64,000 nt of DNA, taken from the NCBI GenBank assembly GCA_965222375.1, contig CBDCTZ010000015.1, positions 448,001 to 512,000 of the forward strand. The letters run 5' to 3'. This stretch comes from Polyangiaceae bacterium (GTDB taxonomy: Bacteria; Myxococcota_A; Polyangia; Polyangiales; Polyangiaceae). The first letter of the stretch is position 1; each line of letters opens with the position of its first letter. Both the position numbers and the translations under genes were made by a program. Under the pieces are notes generated by a model, which saw only the letters and a list, made by a program, of their open reading frames with translations, had not been told where the DNA came from and made no database searches. Of the stretch, positions 20,256 through 28,971 are shown in pieces.

Positions 20256-22052
20256 ATGAAACCCACCACGCCACGAATCGAAAAGCGACTGGAGCATCTC
20301 TCGGACGATGAAGTCCTGGCGAACTTGGGCAGCGTGATTGGGTCCCGGCGCAAGATCACTGCACAGCTCGTGGCGTACCTCGGCGAGGTGGAAGCGCGGC
20401 GGTTGGAGCGGAGGGAGGCATGCTCCTCCATGTACGAGTTCTGCTGCCGCAAGCTGAAGCTCAGCGAGGGGAGCGCGCACCGGCACCTGGCAGCGGCTCG
20501 GATCGCGCAGAGCTACCCCGTGGTCCTGGACCTGCTGCGAGAGGGGCGGATCCACGTGACGGCACTCAGCATGCTGCAGAGATACTTGGATACAGAAAAC
20601 CACGCCGAGTTGCTTGCGGCGGCCTGCGACAAGAGCAAGGCCGAGGTCGAGTTGCTGATCCGCTCGCGGTTTCCGAAGAAAGACGTGGCAGACTCGATGC
20701 GTCCGCTGCCCGTCCAAGCGCGTCTCGAAGGCGATGCCGCCGCTGCTGGCCAATCAGTTGGAGCGGCCGCACAATCGGGCGCAGCGGAATCGGGGCGGGC
20801 GGCCCACGCAGCTGGGGGCGAATCGGCTGCTGGAGTACCACGAACGACGACCGTCGAACTCTATAAGCCCAGGTCCCACGTGTCACCGCTTTCCGCGGAG
20901 CGGTTTCACATCCAGTTTTCGGCCGGAACCGCGCTCAAAGACAAGCTCGAGCGCGCCCTCGATTTGATGAGCCATTCGAATCCGAAACGAGACTTGGCGA
21001 CGGTCATCGAGCGCGGGCTCGACTTGGTGCTGGCAGATCTGGAAAAGAAGACGCTCGGCAAGACCAAGCATCCAAGACGGAGTCGTGGCACCAAGCACGG
21101 CGACTTCTCCCGCCAGGCCCGCAGGGAGATCTACGAGCGCGATGGCGAGCAGTGCACGTACGTGTCGCCCAGCGGTGAGCGCTGCCAGGCGCGGGCTTTC
21201 ATACAGCTCGACCACGAAAACCCGCGCACCCTTGGCGGACCTGGCACGACTCGCAACGGACGTCTACTTTGCCGCGCGCACAACCTGTTCGAGGCCGAGA
21301 AGGTGTTCGGACGACAATACATCGAGAGTAGAATTCGCCTTCGCCAGCAGAGGTTGGGCAGCGAATCGCGGCGCCCGCATGAACAGAGCAGCGTCGTCCA
21401 GGCGAGCAGCGGGGCCGGGCCGCAGCCATCCAAAGAGAGCAGCGTGCAGGTGGCTGTCGAACTGCATTCCATGGGCGGCGCAACTCGCCTTCGCCAGCAG
21501 AGGTTGGGCAGCGAATCGCGGCGCCCGCATGAACAGGCCACTGGAGCGGCAGACGTCGAGGGGGCAATCGAGCGAAAGTCCGTGGGCTGCGCAATTCGCC
21601 CTCGCCAACGAACGTTGGGCAAGGAATCGCGGCGCGGGCATGCACAGGCCAGCATCGGAGTCGACGCTGAGCCACCAGCGTCGATTGACCCGCCAGGCGG
21701 CCGCACAAGCAGCGCCGACGAAACGTCGATAACCGACGCGCGCAGCTGCAGTGTGCACGACGCTTGCGAACTCCACGCCAATGAATCACTCCGCTATCTC
21801 GAGCATGCGGCAGGCGGTGCTGCCGGTCTAAGGTCGGAGCTCTTGCCTAGTGGCGCAGCGGCTAGCCAAGCCTGCGCGGACTCGGCCGAGATGGAATCCA
21901 AGCTTGTCAGCGCCCTGACGAACATGGGCTTTCGGCGCGGAGAGTCGAAGAAGGCCGCAGCTGCGCTGGCGTGGCGAGGAGACAATCACAACCAACGCGC
22001 CGTCGACCTGGCTGCCCTCGTGCGACGGGCGCTCGCAATTCTGGTCCCGTAG
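20256..22052 (+). CDS. DUF222-like HNH endonuclease with C-terminal RuvA-C-like helical domain
   Basis: N-term LAYLGEVEARRL...CSSMYEFC...SEGSA; HNH IYERDGEQC...LDHENPRTLGG...N.RLLCRAHN; C-term LVSALTNMGFRRGESKKA...LVRRALAIL. Confidence 0.85.
   Translation: MKPTTPRIEKRLEHLSDDEVLANLGSVIGSRRKITAQLVAYLGEVEARRLERREACSSMYEFCCRKLKLSEGSAHRHLAAARIAQSYPVVLDLLREGRIHVTALSMLQRYLDTENHAELLAAACDKSKAEVELLIRSRFPKKDVADSMRPLPVQARLEGDAAAAGQSVGAAAQSGAAESGRAAHAAGGESAAGVPRTTTVELYKPRSHVSPLSAERFHIQFSAGTALKDKLERALDLMSHSNPKRDLATVIERGLDLVLADLEKKTLGKTKHPRRSRGTKHGDFSRQARREIYERDGEQCTYVSPSGERCQARAFIQLDHENPRTLGGPGTTRNGRLLCRAHNLFEAEKVFGRQYIESRIRLRQQRLGSESRRPHEQSSVVQASSGAGPQPSKESSVQVAVELHSMGGATRLRQQRLGSESRRPHEQATGAADVEGAIERKSVGCAIRPRQRTLGKESRRGHAQASIGVDAEPPASIDPPGGRTSSADETSITDARSCSVHDACELHANESLRYLEHAAGGAAGLRSELLPSGAAASQACADSAEMESKLVSALTNMGFRRGESKKAAAALAWRGDNHNQRAVDLAALVRRALAILVP
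21332..21647 (+). repeat. Three 55-nt in-frame repeats inside the HNH gene
   Basis: AATTCGCCTTCGCCAGCAGAGGTTGGGCAGCGAATCGCGGCGCCCGCATGAACAG at 21332 and 21482, degenerate copy at 21593 (peptide IRLRQQRLGSESRRPHEQ). Confidence 0.85.
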
Positions 22053-22180
22053 CGGGTTTCTGCAGCGTGGCCGGCGCGGATCGAGTCTCTGCAGCGTGTA
22101 CTGGCGCTGGTCAAGTCTCTGCCGCGCACTGACGCTACCACCGTGTCCGTTGTGGCCCGATTCAGATGTGCTGACACATG

Positions 22181-22295
22181 AGCCCGGGGTGGGAGGGCAA
22201 CTTGTTCGGCCCACTGCAGATTCAGTTGCTCGGTTTTTGTACGGAGGCCCACCCCGGGTGGGACAACTTGTCGGGCGGGCGCGATGCTGAGTTGC
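22181..22295 (+). repeat. 115-bp direct repeat, right copy flanking the HNH gene
   Basis: Matches 19565-19679; internal perfect IR CCCGGGGTGGG/CCCACCCCGGG. Confidence 0.9.
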
Positions 22296-22362
22296 TTGAC
22301 AATACCGTCCGACTCGAGGGCGTCGCCACGGCGTCTGAAAAGACTGTACGATGCGGCGAGCG

Positions 22363-22842
22363 ATGACGGGCAACGAGTACAAGCGGCTGATCGCGCGCTA
22401 CCTGCTCTCGGCGTATGCCAAGCGGGGCCTGCACCTGTACGAGGAAGTGCCCATCGGGACGTCCATCATCGGCAAACAGCGACGAGTGGACCTGTTGGCA
22501 GTCGAACCGAGCAGCGGCGCGGCGATCGTCATCGAATGCAAGAGCCAGGATTCCAGCGGAACCGCCGACGAGAAGATCCCCTATGCCCTCGACGACCTGC
22601 GTGCGTTACGCATGCCGGGAGTGATCGCCTACGCCGGTGGTGGCTTTTCCGAAGGCGTGCTGCACCTGCTTCAAAGCACGGAACTCGCGGCCTACTGTCT
22701 ACCCGACGACACCCTCAAGCCCACGCCGCGCCGCAGCGGCGAGTCCATCGACAGCGGCACCTGGCAGCTCGACCACGTGCTTGCCCTCACCTTCAAGTGG
22801 TGGGACGTGCTGCTCAGCGGGCGCACGCCGATGGTGCTCTGA
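22363..22842 (+). CDS. PD-(D/E)XK restriction-endonuclease-like nuclease
   Basis: RVDLLAV...IVIECKSQDSSGTADEK. Confidence 0.75.
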   Translation: MTGNEYKRLIARYLLSAYAKRGLHLYEEVPIGTSIIGKQRRVDLLAVEPSSGAAIVIECKSQDSSGTADEKIPYALDDLRALRMPGVIAYAGGGFSEGVLHLLQSTELAAYCLPDDTLKPTPRRSGESIDSGTWQLDHVLALTFKWWDVLLSGRTPMVL

Positions 22843-22860
22843 GCCCGAATTCGCGGGCGA

Positions 22861-22930
22861 CGCACCCGCGGCCCAGCTCGCGAGTAGTGGCCCAAGGCCG
22901 CTCAGTCCCGCGACCTCAACAAAACAAAGA
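22861..22930 (-). repeat. Dispersed two-box repeat, family B
   Basis: Minus strand: TTTG...GAGGTCG-N17-GGGCCACTACTCGCG. Confidence 0.75.
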
Positions 22931-23000
22931 CTAGCCAGTCCGACCTCCAGCAACCCCAAGTCGACTCCATCCCTCGGATTGGCGATAGTTCTTCGACCGC

Positions 23001-24047
23001 ATGAGCCGTCGGAAGTGGAGTCTGGTCGCCCTCGCGGCGCTTAGCCTTGGCGTCGCGCTGTGGTTTTGGCGCAACCGGCACGCCGTGCCGAGCCCGCCGC
23101 CACCGATGTTGGGCAAGAGCAGCGCGCAGCTGCTGCCCGAACCGCGCCGCGCCAAGCGACTCGGCGGCCTCGAGGTCACCTTCATTGCCGCTTCCGACAC
23201 CCACCTCGGTTTCGAATCCGACGAGCACACCCTCCGCGGCAAGCTACACGACCCGGTCAACGACCCCCGCGGCGTCGAAGTGATCAATCATCAGTCGATC
23301 GAGGCCATGAATGCCTTGCCGGGTCGGTCTTGGCCCTCCGCCCTCGGCGGTCGAATCGCGCGCCCCCGGGGCGTACTCGTCTCCGGAGATCTCACCGAGC
23401 GCGGCAACCCATGGCAGTGGCGGCACTTCGTGCTGTTCTACGGTCTCAACGGTGGCGACGGCTTGCTGAACTACCCGGTGTTCGAAGGCCACGGCAATCA
23501 CGACAAGGCCGAGGGTTGGCACGTGCTCGAGCGCATTCGCGAACGCCACGGCGACACCTACTACTCCTTCGACTGGGACGACCTGCACCTCGTTTGCCTC
23601 GGAGAAGCGCCGGACAAGCGCGCCATTGCCTTCTTGAACAAAGACCTGAGCCAAGTCGGCAAAGAACGTCCCGTCATCATCTACATGCACTTTCCCTTTC
23701 GGGGTCCCTACAGCGACAACTGGTTTGCTCGCGACAATCACAAGCAACGCTTGTTCGACGCCATCAAGGGCTACAACGTGATTGCCTTCTTCCACGGCCA
23801 CTATCACGCTTCCGGGCGCTACCGGCACGGCGGCTACGACGTGTACAACGTTGGCGCGGCCAAGCACCGCCGCCATAGCTTTGCCGTGGTGCGCGTCACC
23901 GACACGCACCTGCGGGTTGCGTCCTTTCACCATGGTCGACAGCAGTTTCAGTGGTGGCACGAAAAGCCCATCAACGGCAGGCGCGGCAAGGTCATCGCTG
24001 GCGGCGTGTACGACAATCAGGGTGTGTTGCTCGAAGGCGAACGCTGA
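23001..24047 (+). CDS. Calcineurin-like metallophosphoesterase, exported
   Basis: SDTH, SGDLT, GNHD, HFP, HGHYH; N-terminal TM. Confidence 0.9.
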   Translation: MSRRKWSLVALAALSLGVALWFWRNRHAVPSPPPPMLGKSSAQLLPEPRRAKRLGGLEVTFIAASDTHLGFESDEHTLRGKLHDPVNDPRGVEVINHQSIEAMNALPGRSWPSALGGRIARPRGVLVSGDLTERGNPWQWRHFVLFYGLNGGDGLLNYPVFEGHGNHDKAEGWHVLERIRERHGDTYYSFDWDDLHLVCLGEAPDKRAIAFLNKDLSQVGKERPVIIYMHFPFRGPYSDNWFARDNHKQRLFDAIKGYNVIAFFHGHYHASGRYRHGGYDVYNVGAAKHRRHSFAVVRVTDTHLRVASFHHGRQQFQWWHEKPINGRRGKVIAGGVYDNQGVLLEGER

Positions 24048-24343
24048 GCAGCAGCGACGCTTTCGGATCCGCGAAAGCGGGCGGGCGCCCGGCGCTAAGC
24101 TGCTCGCCCGTGAGTCACGCGGGGCTGCCCACTAGACAATGCGCAACTTTGTCGTTGAGCGCTATCAACTCCACTCATCCGGATAAGCGCTGGAAATGCC
24201 TCACGTATTCAGATCGCGCTCTGGCGCCACGGCGCTCGGTGCAAAAGAAGTTTCGCGGCTAGACCCGCGAATTCGCTGTCATTTTCCGACAAGCAACGTG
24301 ACCCGGACCCGATTTCATGGCAGCTCTCGTGCCCGGAGGAGCC

Positions 24344-25315
24344 ATGGGCTTGCGATTTGCTGCTGACTTTCGCTCGTTACTTTGGGTCGCCATTGCGGCT
24401 GCGCTCGTTGGGCTGCAGATCGCGCGACCGGAGCTGGCGCCGTACCTGTTTTGGGTGTCCTGCTACTTCGCGCTGGCCTGCGGCGTCATGGCCCACAACC
24501 ATAACCACTGCCCCACCTTCAAGGGCAAGTCGGCCAACGAGACCTTCGGCATCATTCTCTCCGTCTTCTATGGCTACCCGACCTTCGCCTGGATCCCCAC
24601 TCACAACTTGAACCACCACAAGTACGTGAACAAGGCCGGCGACGCGACCATCACCTGGCGCTACTCCAAGAAGCACAGCTTTTGGGTCGCTCTGATCTAT
24701 CCCTTCGTCAGCGGCTACTATCAGTCGGCTCCCACCAAGGAGTTCATCGACAAGGCGCGTGAGAAGAACCGCAAGCTCTATCGCCGCATCATGACTCAGT
24801 ACTTCGGCTGGATCGGCGCTCACGCTGCTCTGCTCGGCACTTCCATCCTCCTCAACGGCTTCAAGGTCGGTTTCCAGACCTGGGCGCTTTGCTGCCTCAT
24901 TCCCGCGCTATTCGCGCTGTGGACGATCATGTTGTTCAACTACGAGCAGCACGTGAACACGGACCCGTGGTCCGAACACAATCACTCCCGGAGCTTCAGC
25001 AGCCCCACGTTGAACTTCCTGTTGTTCAACAACGGCTACCACGCTGCGCATCACGAGTACCCCGGGGTGCACTGGACCAAGCTCAAGGAGCTGCACTACA
25101 AGATGGCGCCCGAGATCGACTCACGCCTCATCGAAAGCAGCGTTTGGTGGTACTGGTTCCGCCAGTACGCCCTGGCCTGGATGATCCCGAGCCTCGGCAC
25201 CGTGCAAATCGGCCGCGCACCCTTCGATCCCCCCAAGGGGTCGTCGCTCGATCTCAAGTCCGGCAACGTCGATGCCGAAGAGATGGGCACCAACGCCGCC
25301 ATGGTCCGGCAATAA
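24344..25315 (+). CDS. Membrane fatty acid desaturase
   Basis: His boxes HNHNH, HNLNHH, HAAHH; GGAGGA RBS before ATG 24344. Confidence 0.9.
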   Translation: MGLRFAADFRSLLWVAIAAALVGLQIARPELAPYLFWVSCYFALACGVMAHNHNHCPTFKGKSANETFGIILSVFYGYPTFAWIPTHNLNHHKYVNKAGDATITWRYSKKHSFWVALIYPFVSGYYQSAPTKEFIDKAREKNRKLYRRIMTQYFGWIGAHAALLGTSILLNGFKVGFQTWALCCLIPALFALWTIMLFNYEQHVNTDPWSEHNHSRSFSSPTLNFLLFNNGYHAAHHEYPGVHWTKLKELHYKMAPEIDSRLIESSVWWYWFRQYALAWMIPSLGTVQIGRAPFDPPKGSSLDLKSGNVDAEEMGTNAAMVRQ

Positions 25316-25330
25316 GCCACGACTGATTGA

Positions 25331-25400
25331 TTTTTGGTTTTGGGGTCGAGCGCTGGTGCGGCACTGGACCGCTAATCTCGTGCTGGGCCGCGCTGGTGCG
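25331..25400 (+). repeat. Dispersed two-box repeat, family B
   Basis: TTTTTGGTTTTGGGGTCG-N17-GGACCGCTAATCTCG-TGCTGGGCCGCG; the tail also matches the 22861 copy. Confidence 0.7.
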
Positions 25401-25732
25401 CGTTCGTTGGTGCGCCGGTTGAGCCGCTAGTCTTGCGGTGGGCCACGGAGCGCGCTCGCAATGGTGCGCCCTTGCGAGCGCCCCCCTCACACTCCCCCTC
25501 CATCCTCGTTCCTCCACACCTTCAACTCGACGCCCGAGCCTCTGCCCACTGCACTGTGCCCGCTGCACTCGATCTTCAGAGGAGGGCGAGCGCAGCGGGC
25601 AGGAGGAAAAGCGGTGGGTGGTGAGTGGTGGACGTTGAGGGGGTGGGATGAGTGGAGAGGATGAGTGGGAGCGACCGATCGCGACGTTGGATCGTTGAGG
25701 TCTTTCGTTTGGATTTTTCGCTTGTGTGATTT

Positions 25733-25888
25733 GATTACCATATAGCACTCGGTTCCTCGCGCGAGATGCTCTCGTGTCTCGAAACGGCCGCCGCCTTTGG
25801 CTACATCGGTCCCCTGGACGAAGCGCTCGTCAACGACTTCAACCAAGTCATTGGCAGCCTCGTGCGGCTTGTAGAACGAGCCGCGTAA
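25733..25888 (+). pseudogene. C-terminal remnant of a four-helix-bundle (23S rRNA IVP-like) protein
   Basis: Translates DYHIALGSSREMLSCLETAAAFGYIGPLDEALVNDFNQVIGSLVRLVERAA*; in-frame TGA at 25727 and no N-terminal half. Confidence 0.65.
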
Positions 25889-25982
25889 CGCGGCTGCGCG
25901 CGCCGGGGCCGTCACGCAGTGTTGCGGCTCCGGGGTTCGCTCTGGGTTTGAGCCTGGCAGATTTCGGCGGTATTGAGCCCGC

Positions 25983-26654
25983 ATGGGTGTGGAGTACAGA
26001 CATTTTCTCGTTGCTGGGGATTCAGCGCGGCTTCCGCAGTCGGACACTTTGACTCGAGTCGACGCGGTGCTCCGGAAGTGGGGGCTCGTCGCAGGTGAAC
26101 CTGGAGCGTACGACCTGAGTGGGGGCAAGCAGGTGGCGCTGCAAGCTGTACCGAACGGGTCGCCGGGGCCTGGCGTTCTCGTTCAGTACCCCACGGTCGA
26201 GGGAGAACCTGTGAGCGCTGTCTTGGGCCCCTCAGCATACGAAGAGGTTGGGCCTAGTGAACGCTACCTGGAGCGGATCTCCGTGGTCGTGGGCTCCGAC
26301 TTCCGAGTTCACTGGAGCAGCGAGAGTGTCTGTTTCAGTGTGGCCGAGCCGGCTTACGAATCCGGCCGTGCCGTCGAACCGTATTCAGAGGATGCGGGAA
26401 CATACCTGTACGCAGAGGCCTATCCGGCTGGCCCGGCAACCACTCCTCCAGATGTCTTCATCGAACGTGAGTCCGACGATGACGTTACATGGCAGGACTA
26501 CTCCGGTGTGTGGCGCGGCGCGGTCGTACTCGATTGCGGAAAAGACCTGCCCGGCTTTGCCGAGAGGGCCGACACCTTGCCGTGCCGCGAGTTCGTGGCC
26601 GAACTCGAGGAAGCACTCCGCTCCCCTCTGTACGAGGTCGGCGAGTACGACTGA
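25983..26654 (+). CDS. Acidic hypothetical protein (cargo)
   Basis: 223-aa ORF with globular composition between the desaturase 3'-end repeats. Confidence 0.7.
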   Translation: MGVEYRHFLVAGDSARLPQSDTLTRVDAVLRKWGLVAGEPGAYDLSGGKQVALQAVPNGSPGPGVLVQYPTVEGEPVSAVLGPSAYEEVGPSERYLERISVVVGSDFRVHWSSESVCFSVAEPAYESGRAVEPYSEDAGTYLYAEAYPAGPATTPPDVFIERESDDDVTWQDYSGVWRGAVVLDCGKDLPGFAERADTLPCREFVAELEEALRSPLYEVGEYD

Positions 26655-26916
26655 GGTCTCTGTCCGCGGCTTCGACCTCGCTCCGAGCCGACACTTCCTG
26701 GGCTTCCAGTCTTCGCAAGGCAAGCTGCGGCTGTTCTGAGCGGGCGTCGCTCTACTGCCGAATCAGAAGCGACTCCAGGTTCTGGAGCGCCCACTCGACG
26801 CGACGTTTCCGGCTGAGCTTCAGCGAAACGTGCTGCTCGCCAACCAGCGACGTGCAGAGAAGCCTCGCTCGGATGGCGGCGATTGGGGCGGCGAGGCCGT
26901 GAGCCTCGAGTAGTCC

Positions 26917-26997
26917 GAGGGTTCCTCTCTCGATCTCAAGTCCGGCAACGTCGGCGCCGAAGAGATGGGCACCAACGCCGCGATGGTCCGGCAATGA
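26917..26997 (+). repeat. Orphan duplicate of the last 27 codons of the desaturase
   Basis: EGSSLDLKSGNVGAEEMGTNAAMVRQ* versus gene end KGSSLDLKSGNVDAEEMGTNAAMVRQ* (25235-25315). Confidence 0.92.
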
Positions 26998-27105
26998 GTT
27001 GCGACTGAATTGATCTCGGACAACGCGGAGACTCCGCGGTGCTCGTTTCTTCAGCCGGCTCGGTTGCCCGTGTTCCCGCGCGGTTGATGGTGGCGCAGGA
27101 CCTAG

Positions 27106-28789
27106 GGGCCTGACCACTTAAGCGGCAACTCGCAACTGATCGATAACGCTCAGGTTGCTGAGAGCAGCGTGCCGGCGGAGGTCGAAGAGGTTGTTGCGCT
27201 GACCACGGTAGCGAGCACGGTCGCCTTGGCGGTTATGCAGGGTCGCGAGGCTGTGTTCGACGGCAGTACGCTTGCGAAGGCGGGCGCGGCCTTCGCGCGT
27301 GCGGGCGTTTTCGCGCAGCTGGATGTGGAAGGGCTCATGGGGGTGTAGCGTGACGCTGCGGCCACGCCCCGGGGCGGCGCGCGTGCAGTCGTCGCGGCTG
27401 CGACATACATCGCAGCGGGCAGCTGGGAAGCGAGCGACGGAGCCAGCGCTCGCTTTAACCGCAACGCCTTCGGGACAACGGGCGATTCCCGCAGCCAGAT
27501 CGAGCTTGAAATCGGCCTTGGTGAAGCGCCCGCCGTTGCGCAACGGAAACGGTTTGCAGAAAACCTCTGTTCCTTCGGCGCGACGGGATTCGATCGCATC
27601 GTCGCCAAGGTAGCCTCGATCGATGTAGAGTTCTGAAACGGAGCCGCACTGTTCGAGTAATTCTGCCGAAGCGACACGTTCAGGACGATTCGCGGGGGTG
27701 ATCGCGACGGCGCAGATGATGCCGGGCGTATCGAGCTGTATCGCGATGTGTCGCTTGTAGCCGTCGATGCGTTTCTTCTTGCTCTTGCGGCCATGACGCA
27801 TGTCGGGGTCACTCACGCTAATGCGTCGGTCCTTCGCCACGCCGCGTGTGATCCGGCTCCCTCCGTCCCCGTCTGGATCGGGCTCGGTGTCCTGCGAGAC
27901 GAGCTTTTCCACCAGTGCCCACTGCCCGGCCAGCGGCGCTTCTTTCAGCGGTTTCGTCAGCTCTTTTTCGAGAAAGCGGCCGAGTGACTGTACCTGCTTG
28001 AGCAGTCGACCGAGCGCCTTGGTGCGCGCCCCAGGGTCGTCCCAGTCGATGTCGAGCCCTGTCTTGATGCTGGTGGCGTTGAGTACTGGGATCCCCGCAG
28101 CAGCCGCGACCTTGTCGACGGGTTGACCGAGCCGCCGCGCTGCCGTGCGAACGACGTGTAGCGAGGCGCGCCCGATGAGATTGAAGGTGTCCTCGACGCG
28201 ACCCGCGCCCCATAGTGGGCTGGCGTCGAATGCAGCACGCAGGTGCGTTGCACTGAATCCGCCCGTCTCGCGTGCGAGTTCGACCGTCTTGTTGAAGAGC
28301 AGCTCGTCGAGCCCATGCGCAATGACGCGCTGGCGAAAGTTGTAAAACGTGCCTTGCGAGAAGAGCGGCACTTCGATTCCCGCACAGTTGAGCACCATTT
28401 GCCAGCGGCGATCCATCAACGTAAGCTCAACCACCTCGTGGTCGGGCACACGCAGCGCGGCCTGCAGCAACATCGCAAGGCCGAGTTGAGCAGGCGGGAC
28501 GCGACCACGCCCCCGCTCCACGGGCGAATATGCCTCCGTCAGCTTCGCCTGCATCTCTTCGTCAAAAATCCTATGTCGCAGCTCGCGCAGGAATACGAAT
28601 ACTCTGCGTTTCGCACATCGCTTTGCGATGAACTTCTCACCACGCGACAGCTCGACCGGCGCCTTCCAGATCTCCATGGGGTCCTCCTGACCCCGTTTGA
28701 TCACTACACGCCCGGCGCGTCGATCCTGGCTTCTAAGCGATCGAACTTGCTTTGTATTTCGACGCCGCCGCTAGAATTTGATCGGGTCT
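27106..28789 (-). mobile_element. IS1182-like insertion sequence
   Basis: Single transposase; CTAG flanks at 27102-27105 and 28790-28793; imperfect terminal IRs GGGCCTGACCA / rc AGACCCGATCA. Confidence 0.75.
27118..28677 (-). CDS. DDE transposase (IS1182/IS5-like)
   Basis: FDASPL.GAGRVEDT, RISVSDPDMRHGRKS...DGYKRH, YIDRGY, F.K.DF..D, CxxC, RTAVEH; AGGAGG RBS. Confidence 0.9.
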   Translation of the reverse strand: MEIWKAPVELSRGEKFIAKRCAKRRVFVFLRELRHRIFDEEMQAKLTEAYSPVERGRGRVPPAQLGLAMLLQAALRVPDHEVVELTLMDRRWQMVLNCAGIEVPLFSQGTFYNFRQRVIAHGLDELLFNKTVELARETGGFSATHLRAAFDASPLWGAGRVEDTFNLIGRASLHVVRTAARRLGQPVDKVAAAAGIPVLNATSIKTGLDIDWDDPGARTKALGRLLKQVQSLGRFLEKELTKPLKEAPLAGQWALVEKLVSQDTEPDPDGDGGSRITRGVAKDRRISVSDPDMRHGRKSKKKRIDGYKRHIAIQLDTPGIICAVAITPANRPERVASAELLEQCGSVSELYIDRGYLGDDAIESRRAEGTEVFCKPFPLRNGGRFTKADFKLDLAAGIARCPEGVAVKASAGSVARFPAARCDVCRSRDDCTRAAPGRGRSVTLHPHEPFHIQLRENARTREGRARLRKRTAVEHSLATLHNRQGDRARYRGQRNNLFDLRRHAALSNLSVIDQLRVAA

Positions 28790-28971
28790 CTAGCCCGTAG
28801 TTGACGATGCGCAAGTCGAGCCGGCCTGCTCAGGGCAGGTGTCCCTCACTCATTTTGGGGAGCGAGATCGCCTACCGGCCTGCTCTGCAACATCGGCCCG
28901 ACGTGCGGCTTGGGCGAGCTCAGGACCACCCTAAACCTTGCGGGGCTTCAACCGTTCCTTGATGCAGTACC

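Noticed and set aside
21332..21647. Repeat-spacer-like pattern as a CRISPR array
   Set aside because: The repeats are in-frame coding, the intervals are unequal (95 and 56 nt) and partly homologous to each other, and no cas genes are present.
19565..22295. Repeat pairs as a DGR template and variable region
   Set aside because: Mismatches are not adenine-specific and there is no reverse transcriptase in the window. The same holds for the desaturase and GNAT pairs, which are synonymous-biased.
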